Below are positions 53,401 through 64,000 of a DNA stretch of 64,000 bases, one piece after another. Origin of the DNA: Eledone cirrhosa (Eukaryota); assembly GCA_964016885.1 (NCBI GenBank), contig OZ024743.1:235352001-235416000 (forward strand). The letters run 5' to 3'. Below the pieces are notes generated by a model. That model saw nothing but the letters and a program-made list of their open reading frames with translations, made no database searches and was not told the origin of the DNA. The translations under genes and the position numbers were made by a program. The first letter of the stretch is position 1. Every line of letters starts with the position of its first letter.

Positions 53401-56269
53401 CTAGTGGATGGTATCTAGTGGATGGTGTCTAGTGGATGGTATCTAGTGGATAGTGTCTAGTGGATGGTATCTATTGGATGGTGTCTAGTGGATGGTGTCT
53501 AGTGGATGGTGTCTAGTGGATGGTGTCTAGTGGATGGTGTCTAGTGTCTAGTGTCTTGTGTCTAGTGGATGGTATCTAGTGGATGGTGTCTAGTGGATGG
53601 TATCTAGTGTCTAGTGGATGATTTCTGGTGTATATTGGATGGTATCCTGTGGATGGTATCTAGTGGATGGTATCTAGTGGATGGTGTCTAGTGGATGGTA
53701 TCTAGTGAATGGTATCTAGTGGATGGTGTCTAGTGGATGGTGTTTAGTGGATGGTGTCTAGTGTCTAGTGGATGTTATCTAATGTCTAGTGGATGGTATC
53801 TAGAGGATGGTAACTAGTGGATGTGGATGGTTTCTAGTGGATGGTGTCTAGTGGATGGTGTCTAGTTGATAGTATCTAGTGGATGGTGTCTAGTGGATGG
53901 TCTCTAGTGGATGGTATCAAGTGGATGCTATCTACTGGATGATGTCTAGTGTCTAATGGATGGTGTCTAGTGTCTAGTGGATGGTATCTAGTTGATGGTG
54001 TCTAGTGGATGGTGTCTAGTCGATGGTGTTTAGTGGATGGTGTTTAGTGGATGCTATCTAGTTTCTAGAGGATGGTATCTAGTGGATGGTGTCTAGTTGA
54101 TGCTATCTAGTGTCTAGTGGATGGTATCTAATGGATGGTGTCTAGTGGATGGTATCTAATGTCTTGTGGATGGTATCTAGAGGATGGTATCTAGTGGATG
54201 GTGTCTAGTGGATGGTGTCTAGTGGATGGTATCTAGTGGATGGTGTCTAGTGTCTAGTGTCTAGTGGATGGTGTTTAGTGTCTAGTGTATAGTATCTAGT
54301 GGATTGTGTCTAGTGTCTAGTGTCTAGTGGATTGTATCTAGTGGATGGTATCTAGTGGATGGTAGCTACTGGATGATGTCTAGTGTCTAATGGATGGCAT
54401 CTAGTGTCTAGTGGATGGTGTCTAGTGGATGGTATCCTGTGGATGGTGTCTAGTTGATGCTATATAGTGTCTAGAGGATGGTATCTATTGGATGGTTTCT
54501 AGTTGATGCTATCTAGTGTCTATTGTCTAGTAGATGGTATCTATGTATTGTGTGTAGTGGATGGTGTTTAGTGTCTAGTGGATGGTATCTAGTGGATGGT
54601 ATCTAGTGGATGGTGTCTAGTGGATAGTACCTAGTGGATGGTGTCTAGTGGATGGTATCTAGTGGATGGTTTCTAGTGGATGATATCCAGTGGATGGTAT
54701 CCAGTGGATGGTATCCAGTGGATGGTATCTAGTGGTTGGTGTCTAGTGGATGGTGTCTAGTGGATGGTGTCTAGTGGATGGTTTCTAGTGGATGGTATCT
54801 TGTGGCTGGTATCTAGTGGATGGTATCTTGTGGCTGGTATCTAGTGGCTGGTATCTAGTGGCTGGTATCTAGTGGCTGGTATCTAGTAGATGGTGTCTAG
54901 TGGATGGTGTCTAGTGGATGGTGTCTAGTGGCTGGTGTCTAATGGATGGTGTCTAGTGGATGGTATCTTGTGGCTGGTATCTAGTGGATGGTATCTTGTG
55001 GCTGGTATCTAGTGGATGGTGCCTAGTGGATGGTATCTAGTGGATGGTATCTAGTGGATGGTGCCTAGTGGATGGTATCTAGTGGATGGTATCTAGTGGA
55101 TGGTATCTAGTGGATGGTATCTAGTGGATGGTATCTAGTGGATGGTGTCTAGTGGATGGTATCTAGAGGATGCTATCTAGTGAATGTTGTCTAGTGGATG
55201 GTGTCTCGTGGATGATATCTAGTGGATGCTGTCTAGTGGATGGTATCTTGTGGCTGGTATCTAGTGGATGGTATCTTGTGGCTGGTATCTAGTGGATGGT
55301 ATCTAGTCGATGGTATCTAGTGGATGGTGCCTAGTGGAAGGTGTCTAGTGGATAGTATCTAGTGGATGGTGGCTAGTGGATGGTGTCTAGTGGATGGTGT
55401 CTAGTGGATGGTGTCTAGTGGATGGTATCTAGTGGATGGTATCTAGTGGATGGTGTCTAGTGGATGGTATCTAGTGGATGGTAGCTAGCGGATGGTGTCT
55501 AGTGGATGGTGTCTAGTGGATGGTGTCTAGAGGATGGCGTCTTATAGATGGTATCTAGTAGATGGTGTCTAGTTTCTAGTGGATGGTATCTAGTGGATGG
55601 TATCTAGTGGATGGTGCCTAGTGGACGGTGTCTAGTGGATGGTATCTAGTGGATGGTGTCAAGTGGATGGTATCTAGTGGATTGTGTCTAGTGCATGGTA
55701 TCTAGTGTCTACTGTCTAGTGGATGGTATCTAGTGGATGGTATCTAGTGGATGGTATCTAGTTGATGGTATCTAGTTAATAGTGTCTAGTGGATGGTATC
55801 TATTGGATGGTGTTTAGTGGATGGTATCTAGTGGATAGTGTCTAGTGGATGGTATCTATTGGATGGTGTCTAGTGGATGGTATCTAGTGGATGGTATCTA
55901 GTGGATGGTGTTTAGTGGATGGTATCTAGTGGATAGTGTCTAGTGGATGGTATCTATTGGATGGTGTCTAGTGGATGGTGTGTAGTGGATGGTGTCTAGT
56001 GGATGGTGTCTAGTGTCTAGTGTCTAGTGGATGGTATCTAGTGGATGGTGTCTAGTGGATGGTATCTAGTGTCTAGTGGATGATATCTGGTGTATATTGG
56101 ATGGTATCTAGTGGATGGTATCTAGTGGATGGTATCTAGTGGATGGTGTCTAGTGTCTAGTGGATAGTATCTAGTGGATGGTGTCTAGTGGATGGTATCT
56201 AGTGGATGGTGTCTAGTGGATCGTGTCTAGTGGATGGTATCTAGTGGATGGTGTCTAGTGGATGGTATC

Positions 56270-59200
56270 TAGTGGATGGTGTCTAGTAGATGGTATCTAG
56301 TGGATGTTGTCTAGTGCATGGTATCTAGTGGATGGCGTCTAGTGTCTAGTGGATGGTGTCTTGTTGATGGTATCTAGTGGATGTAGTTTATTGTGTGGTA
56401 TCTATTGGATGGTGTCTAGTGGATGGTATCTAGTGGATGGTATCTAGTGGATGTGTCTAGTGGATGGTATCTAGTCAATGGTGTCTAGTGGATGGTGTCT
56501 AGCGGATGGTATCTATTGGATAGTATCTAGTGGATGGTGTCTAGTGGATGGTGTCGAGTATCTAATGTCTAGTGGATGGTATCTAGTTGATGTTATCTAG
56601 TGGAGGGTGTCTAGTGGTGTGTGTCTAGTGGATGGTGTCTAGTGGACGATGTCTAGTGGATGGTGTCTAGCGGATTGTATCTAGTGGATGGTGTCTAGTG
56701 GATGGTATCTAGTTGATGGTATCTATGGGTGATGTCTAGTGGATGGTATTTAGGGACGGTGTCTAGTCGTTGGTATCTAGTGGATGGTATCTAGTGGATG
56801 GTGTCTAGTGGATGGTGCCTAGTGGATGGTGTCTAGTGGATGGCATCTAGTGGATGGTGTCTAGAGGATGGTGTCTAGTGTCTAGTGGATGGTGTCTAGT
56901 GGATGGTATCTAGTGGATGGTATCTAGTTTGATAGTGTCTAGTGCAAGGTATCTAGTATCTACTGTCTAGTGGATGGTGTCTAGTGGATGGTTTCTAGTA
57001 GATGGTATCTAGTGGATGTTGTCTAGTGCATGGTATCTAGTGGATGGCGTCTAGTGTCAAGTGGATGGTATCTAGTGGATGGTGTCTTGTTGATGCTATC
57101 TAGTGGATGTAGTCTATTGGGTGGTATCTATTGGATGGTATCTATTGGGTGGTATCTATTGGATGGTGTCTATTGGATGCTGTCTAGTGGATGGTATCTA
57201 GTGGATGGTATCTAGTGGATGGTGTCTAGTGGATGGTATCTAGTGGATGGTATCTAGTCGATGGTGTCTATTGGATGGCGTCTAGTGTGTTATGTCTAGT
57301 GTCTAATGTCTACTGGAAGGTGTCTAGTGGATCGTGTCTAATGTCTAGTGGATGGGATCTAGTGGATGGGATCTAGTGGATTGGTGTCTAGTGTCTAGTG
57401 CATGCTATCTAATGGATGGTATCTAATGGATGGTATCTAGTTTCTAGTGGATGGTATCTAGTGTCTTGTGGATGGTGTCTAGTGTCTAGTGGATGGTATC
57501 TAGTGGATGGTGTCTAGTGAATGGTATCTTGTGGATCTTGTCTAGTGGATGGTATCTAGTGGCTGGTATGTAGTGGATGGTGTCTAGTGGATGGTGTCTA
57601 GTGGATGGTATGTAGTGGATAGTGTCTAGTGTATGGTGTCTAGTGGATGGTATCTTGTGGATGGTATCTAGTGGATAGTGTCTGGTGGATGGTATTTAGT
57701 GGATGGTATTTAGTTGATGGTATCTAGTGGATGGTGTCTAGTGGATGGTGTCTAGTGGATGTTATCTATTGGATGGTATCTAGTGGATGGTGTCTAGTGG
57801 ATGGTGTCGAGTATCTAATGTCTAGTGGATGGTGTCTAGTGTCTAATGTCTAGTGGATGGTATCTAGTGGATGTTATCTAGTGGATGGTATCTAGTGGAT
57901 GGTGTCTAGTGTTTAATCTCTAGTGGATGGTATCTAGTTGATGGTATCTAGTGGAAGGTGTCTAGTGGTTGGTGTCTAGTGGTTGGTGTCTAGTGGATGG
58001 TGTCTAGTGGATGATGTCTAGTGAATGGTGTCTAGTGGATGGTGTCTAGTGGATGGTGTCTAGCGGATTGTATCTAGCGGATGGTGTCTAGTGGATGGTA
58101 TCTAGTTGATGGTATCTATGGGTGATGTCTAGTGGATGGTATTTAGGGACGTTGTCTAGTCGATGGTATCTAGTGGATGGTATCTATGGATGGTGTCTAG
58201 TGGATGGTGTCTAGTGGATGGTGTCTTGTGGATGGTATCTAGTGGATGGTATCTAGTGGATGGTGTCTAGTGGATGGTATCTAGTGGATGGTATCTAGTG
58301 GATGGTGTCTAGTGGATGGTATCTAGTAGATGTTATCTATGTATTGTGTCTAGTGGATGGCGTGTAGTGTCTAGTGGATGGTATCTAGTGGATGGTATCT
58401 AGTGGATGGTATCTAATGGATGGTGTCTAGTGGATGGTGTCTGGTGGATGGTGTCTAATGTATGGTATCTAGTTGATGGTGTCTAGTGGATGGTATCTTG
58501 TTGATGGTGTCTAGTAGGTGGTGCCTAGTGGATGGTATCTAGTGTTTAGTGGATGGTGTCTTGTGGATGGTATCTAGTGGATGGTATCTAGTGGATGGTG
58601 TCTAGTGGATGGTGTCTAGTGGATGGTATCTAGTGTATGGTGTCTAGTGGATGGTATCTAGTGGATGGTATCTAGTGGATGGTATCTAGCGGATGGAGTC
58701 TAGTAGATTGTGCCTAGTGGATGGTATGTAGTGTCTATTGGATGGTATCTTGAGGATGGTATCTAGAGCATGGTATCTAGTGAATGGTGTCTAGTGGATG
58801 GTTTCTTGTGGATGGAGTCTATTGTCTAATCTCTAGTGGATGGTATTTAGTGGATGGTATCTATGGATGGTGTCTAGTAGATGGTATCTAGTGGATGGTA
58901 TCTAGTGGATGGTATCTATGCATGGTGTCTAGTGGATGGTGTCTAGTGGATGGTAGCTAGCGGATGGTGTCTAGTGGATGGTGTCTAGTGGATGGTGTCT
59001 AGAGGATGGTGCCTATTTTATAGTGGATGGTATCTTGTGGATGGTGCCTAGTTTCTAGTGGATGGTATCTTGTGGATGGTGCCTAGTGGACGGTGTCTAG
59101 TGGATGGTATCTAGTGGATGGTGTCTAGTGGATGGTATCTAGTGGATTGTGTCTAGTGCATGGTATCTAGTGTCTACTGTCTAGTGGATGGTGTCTAGTG

Positions 59201-62200
59201 GATGGTATCTAGTGGATGGTATCTAGTGGATGGTGTCTAGTGGATGGTATCTAGTGGATGGTATCTAGTGGATGGTATCTAGTGGATGGTGTCTAGTTGA
59301 TGGTATCTAGTTGATAGTGTCTAGTGGATGGTATCTATTGGATGGTGTCTAGTGGATGGTGTCTAGTGGATGGTATCTAGTGGATGGTATCTAGTGGATG
59401 GTGTCTAGTGGATGGTATCTAGTGGATAGTGTCTAGTGGATGGTGTCTATTGGATGGTGTCTAGTGGATGGTGTCTAGTGGATGGTATCTAGTGGATGGT
59501 ATCTAGTGGATGGTGTCTAGTGGATGGTATCTAGTGGATAGTGTCTAGTGGATGGTATCTATTGGATGGTGTCTAGTGGATGGTGTCTAGTGGATGGTGT
59601 CTAGTGGATGGTGTCTAGTGGATGGTGTCTAGTGTCTAGTGTCTTGTGTCTAGTGGATGGTATCTAGTGGATGGTGTCTAGTGGATGGTATCTAGTGTCT
59701 AGTGGATGATTTCTGGTGTATATTGGATGGTATCTTGTGGATGGTATCTAGTGGATGGTATCTAGTGGATGGTGTCTAGTGGATGGTATCTAGTGAATGG
59801 TATCTAGTGGATGGTGTCTAGTGGATGGTGTTTAGTGGATGGTGTCTAGTGTCTAGTGGATGTTATCCAATGTCTAGTGGATGGTATCTAGAGGATGGTA
59901 TCTAGTGGATGTGGATGGTTTCTAGTGGATGGTGTCTAGTGGATGGTGTCTAGTGGATAGTATCTAGTGGATGGTGTCTAGTGGATGGTGTCTAGTGGAT
60001 GGTATCAAGTGGATGCTATCTACTGGATGATGTCTAGTGTCTAATGGATGGTGTCTAGTGTCTAGTGGATGGTATCTAGTTGATGGTGTCTAGTGGATGG
60101 TGTCTAGTCGATGGTGTTTAGTGGATGGTGTTTAGTGGATGCTATCTAGTTTCTAGAGGATGGTATCTAGTGGATGGTGTCTAGTTGATGCTATCTAGTG
60201 TCTAGTGGATGGTATCTAGTGTCTAGTGTCTAATCTCTAGTGGATGGTGTCTAGCAGATGGTATCTAGTGGATGGTGTCTAGTGGATGGTGTCTAGTGGA
60301 TGGTGTCTAGTGTCTAGTGGATCGTATCTAGTGGATGGTATCTAATGGATGGTGTCTAGTGGATGGTATCTAATGTCTTGTGGATGGTATCTAGAGGATG
60401 GTATCTAGTGGATGGTGTCTAGTAGATGGTATCTAGTGGATGTTGTCTAGTGCATGGTATCTAGTGGATGGCGTCTAGTGTCTAGTGGATGGTGTCTTGT
60501 TGATGGTATCTAGTGGATGTAGTTTATTGTGTGGTATCTATTGGATGGTGTCTAGTGGATGGTATCTAGTGGATGGTATCTAGTGGATGTGTCTAGTGGA
60601 TGGTATCTAGTCAATGGTGTCTAGTGGATGGTGTCTAGCGGATGGTATCTATTGGATAGTATCTAGTGGATGGTGTCTAGTGGATGGTGTCGAGTATCTA
60701 ATGTCTAGTGGATGGTATCTAGTTGATGTTATCTAGTGGAGGGTGTCTAGTGGTGTGTGTCTAGTGGATGGTGTCTAGTGGACGATGTCTAGTGGATGGT
60801 GTCTAGCGGATTGTATCTAGTGGATGGTGTCTAGTGGATGGTATCTAGTTGATGGTATCTATGGGTGATGTCTAGTGGATGGTATTTAGGGACGGTGTCT
60901 AGTCGTTGGTATCTAGTGGATGGTATCTAGTGGATGGTGTCTAGTGGATGGTGCCTAGTGGATGGTGTCTAGTGGATGGCATCTAGTGGATGGTGTCTAG
61001 AGGATGGTGTCTAGTGTCTAGTGGATGGTGTCTAGTGGATGGTATCTAGTGGATGGTATCTAGTTTGATAGTGTCTAGTGCAAGGTATCTAGTATCTACT
61101 GTCTAGTGGATGGTGTCTAGTGGATGGTTTCTAGTAGATGGTATCTAGTGGATGTTGTCTAGTGCATGGTATCTAGTGGATGGCGTCTAGTGTCAAGTGG
61201 ATGGTATCTAGTGGATGGTGTCTTGTTGATGCTATCTAGTGGATGTAGTCTATTGGGTGGTATCTATTGGATGGTATCTATTGGGTGGTATCTATTGGAT
61301 GGTGTCTATTGGATGCTGTCTAGTGGATGGTATCTAGTGGATGGTATCTAGTGGATGGTGTCTAGTGGATGGTATCTAGTGGATGGTATCTAGTCGATGG
61401 TGTCTATTGGATGGCGTCTAGTGTGTTATGTCTAGTGTCTAATGTCTACTGGAAGGTGTCTAGTGGATCGTGTCTAATGTCTAGTGGATGGGATCTAGTG
61501 GATGGGATCTAGTGGATTGGTGTCTAGTGTCTAGTGCATGCTATCTAATGGATGGTATCTAATGGATGGTATCTAGTTTCTAGTGGATGGTATCTAGTGT
61601 CTTGTGGATGGTGTCTAGTGTCTAGTGGATGGTATCTAGTGGATGGTGTCTAGTGAATGGTATCTTGTGGATCTTGTCTAGTGGATGGTATCTAGTGGCT
61701 GGTATGTAGTGGATGGTGTCTAGTGGATGGTGTCTAGTGGATGGTATGTAGTGGATAGTGTCTAGTGTATGGTGTCTAGTGGATGGTATCTTGTGGATGG
61801 TATCTAGTGGATAGTGTCTGGTGGATGGTATTTAGTGGATGGTATTTAGTTGATGGTATCTAGTGGATGGTGTCTAGTGGATGGTGTCTAGTGGATGTTA
61901 TCTATTGGATGGTATCTAGTGGATGGTGTCTAGTGGATGGTGTCGAGTATCTAATGTCTAGTGGATGGTGTCTAGTGTCTAATGTCTAGTGGATGGTATC
62001 TAGTGGATGTTATCTAGTGGATGGTATCTAGTGGATGGTGTCTAGTGTTTAATCTCTAGTGGATGGTATCTAGTTGATGGTATCTAGTGGAAGGTGTCTA
62101 GTGGTTGGTGTCTAGTGGTTGGTGTCTAGTGGATGGTGTCTAGTGGATGATGTCTAGTGAATGGTGTCTAGTGGATGGTGTCTAGTGGATGGTGTCTAGC

Positions 62201-64000
62201 GGATTGTATCTAGCGGATGGTGTCTAGTGGATGGTATCTAGTTGATGGTATCTATGGGTGATGTCTAGTGGATGGTATTTAGGGACGTTGTCTAGTCGAT
62301 GGTATCTAGTGGATGGTATCTATGGATGGTGTCTAGTGGATGGTGTCTAGTGGATGGTGTCTTGTGGATGGTATCTAGTGGATGGTATCTAGTGGATGGT
62401 GTCTAGTGGATGGTATCTAGTGGATGGTATCTAGTGGATGGTGTCTAGTGGATGGTATCTAGTAGATGTTATCTATGTATTGTGTCTAGTGGATGGCGTG
62501 TAGTGTCTAGTGGATGGTATCTAGTGGATGGTATCTAGTGGATGGTATCTAATGGATGGTGTCTAGTGGATGGTGTCTGGTGGATGGTGTCTAATGTATG
62601 GTATCTAGTTGATGGTGTCTAGTGGATGGTATCTTGTTGATGGTGTCTAGTAGGTGGTGCCTAGTGGATGGTATCTAGTGTTTAGTGGATGGTGTCTTGT
62701 GGATGGTATCTAGTGGATGGTATCTAGTGGATGGTGTCTAGTGGATGGTGTCTAGTGGATGGTATCTAGTGTATGGTGTCTAGTGGATGGTATCTAGTGG
62801 ATGGTATCTAGTGGATGGTATCTAGCGGATGGAGTCTAGTAGATTGTGCCTAGTGGATGGTATGTAGTGTCTATTGGATGGTATCTTGAGGATGGTATCT
62901 AGAGCATGGTATCTAGTGAATGGTGTCTAGTGGATGGTTTCTTGTGGATGGAGTCTATTGTCTAATCTCTAGTGGATGGTATTTAGTGGATGGTATCTAT
63001 GGATGGTGTCTAGTAGATGGTATCTAGTGGATGGTATCTAGTGGATGGTATCTATGCATGGTGTCTAGTGGATGGTGTCTAGTGGATGGTAGCTAGCGGA
63101 TGGTGTCTAGTGGATGGTGTCTAGTGGATGGTGTCTAGAGGATGGTGCCTATTTTATAGTGGATGGTATCTTGTGGATGGTGCCTAGTTTCTAGTGGATG
63201 GTATCTTGTGGATGGTGCCTAGTGGACGGTGTCTAGTGGATGGTATCTAGTGGATGGTGTCTAGTGGATGGTATCTAGTGGATTGTGTCTAGTGCATGGT
63301 ATCTAGTGTCTACTGTCTAGTGGATGGTGTCTAGTGGATGGTATCTAGTGGATGGTATCTAGTGGATGGTGTCTAGTGGATGGTATCTAGTGGATGGTAT
63401 CTAGTGGATGGTATCTAGTGGATGGTGTCTAGTTGATGGTATCTAGTTGATAGTGTCTAGTGGATGGTATCTATTGGATGGTGTCTAGTGGATGGTGTCT
63501 AGTGGATGGTATCTAGTGGATGGTATCTAGTGGATGGTGTCTAGTGGATGGTATCTAGTGGATAGTGTCTAGTGGATGGTGTCTATTGGATGGTGTCTAG
63601 TGGATGGTGTCTAGTGGATGGTATCTAGTGGATGGTATCTAGTGGATGGTGTCTAGTGGATGGTATCTAGTGGATAGTGTCTAGTGGATGGTATCTATTG
63701 GATGGTGTCTAGTGGATGGTGTCTAGTGGATGGTGTCTAGTGGATGGTGTCTAGTGGATGGTGTCTAGTGTCTAGTGTCTTGTGTCTAGTGGATGGTATC
63801 TAGTGGATGGTGTCTAGTGGATGGTATCTAGTGTCTAGTGGATGATTTCTGGTGTATATTGGATGGTATCTTGTGGATGGTATCTAGTGGATGGTATCTA
63901 GTGGATGGTGTCTAGTGGATGGTATCTAGTGAATGGTATCTAGTGGATGGTGTCTAGTGGATGGTGTTTAGTGGATGGTGTCTAGTGTCTAGTGGATGTT
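56270..64000 (+). repeat. 4136-bp tandem duplication within the 14-bp array (second copy truncated by the window end); an earlier related copy lies at about 50.0-54.1 kb
   Basis: tggtgtgtgtctag at 50471/56615/60751, gcctattttatagtgg at 53035/59011/63147, and identical ORFs at 57030/61166. Confidence 0.92.

Larger units (their letters stand above)
18330..64000 (+). repeat. 14-bp tandem satellite, consensus TAGTGGATGGT(A/G)TC, more than 3000 units, with 7-bp (TAGTGTC) and 13-bp (TATGGATGGTRTC) length variants; continues past the window end
   Basis: Unit counted directly (agtggatggtatct at 18421-18434). Translations repeat every 14 aa (MVSSGWYLVDGIYW). The top strand is G/T-rich. Confidence 0.98.

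Noticed and set aside
27330-61351. Short MVSSGW... ORFs of 60-96 aa
   Set aside because: They are chance read-throughs where TAG is mutated (TAT) or shifted in the 14-bp satellite, and they recur only because the DNA blocks are duplicated.
2190-64000. CRISPR array
   Set aside because: The repeats are head-to-tail with no unique spacers, no cas genes are present, and the context is eukaryotic-like.
18330-64000. Telomeric repeat (G-rich strand with GGATG/TGGTGT/GTCTA words reminiscent of long budding-yeast telomere units)
   Set aside because: The resemblance is superficial. More than 45 kb of units with inherited point variants and kb-scale duplications indicates recombination-driven satellite, not telomerase-templated DNA. 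TTAGG/TTAGGG occur only as isolated words.

Overview
This is non-coding, repeat-dominated eukaryotic DNA; the microsatellite style is typical of invertebrate genomes such as octopus or decapod crustaceans (inference only). Layout: 1-2070 holds compound microsatellites (AT/GT, GAA, alternating purine-pyrimidine, AAC/AGT). About 2190-17745 is a 26-bp satellite (TATATTCTACCATCWCCACCATCCTC) with 2770-bp and 414-bp higher-order repeats. About 17790-18040 is a short 12-bp array, and about 18045-18330 is the longest unique island. From about 18330 to the window end is a 14-bp satellite (TAGTGGATGGTRTC) with nested 1.3-6.2 kb duplications. All ORFs in the supplied track are explained by repeat composition. 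The best leads are (i) a candidate 60-bp, frame-preserving coding exon (18213-18272, LGFRILEALLRGKHNPFQEM) with canonical splice signals in the unique island, and (ii) the two large arrays flanking it share a core motif in opposite orientation. I see no evidence of a prokaryotic system, CRISPR array, RNA gene or coding transposon, and I cannot claim a new biological system from sequence alone.
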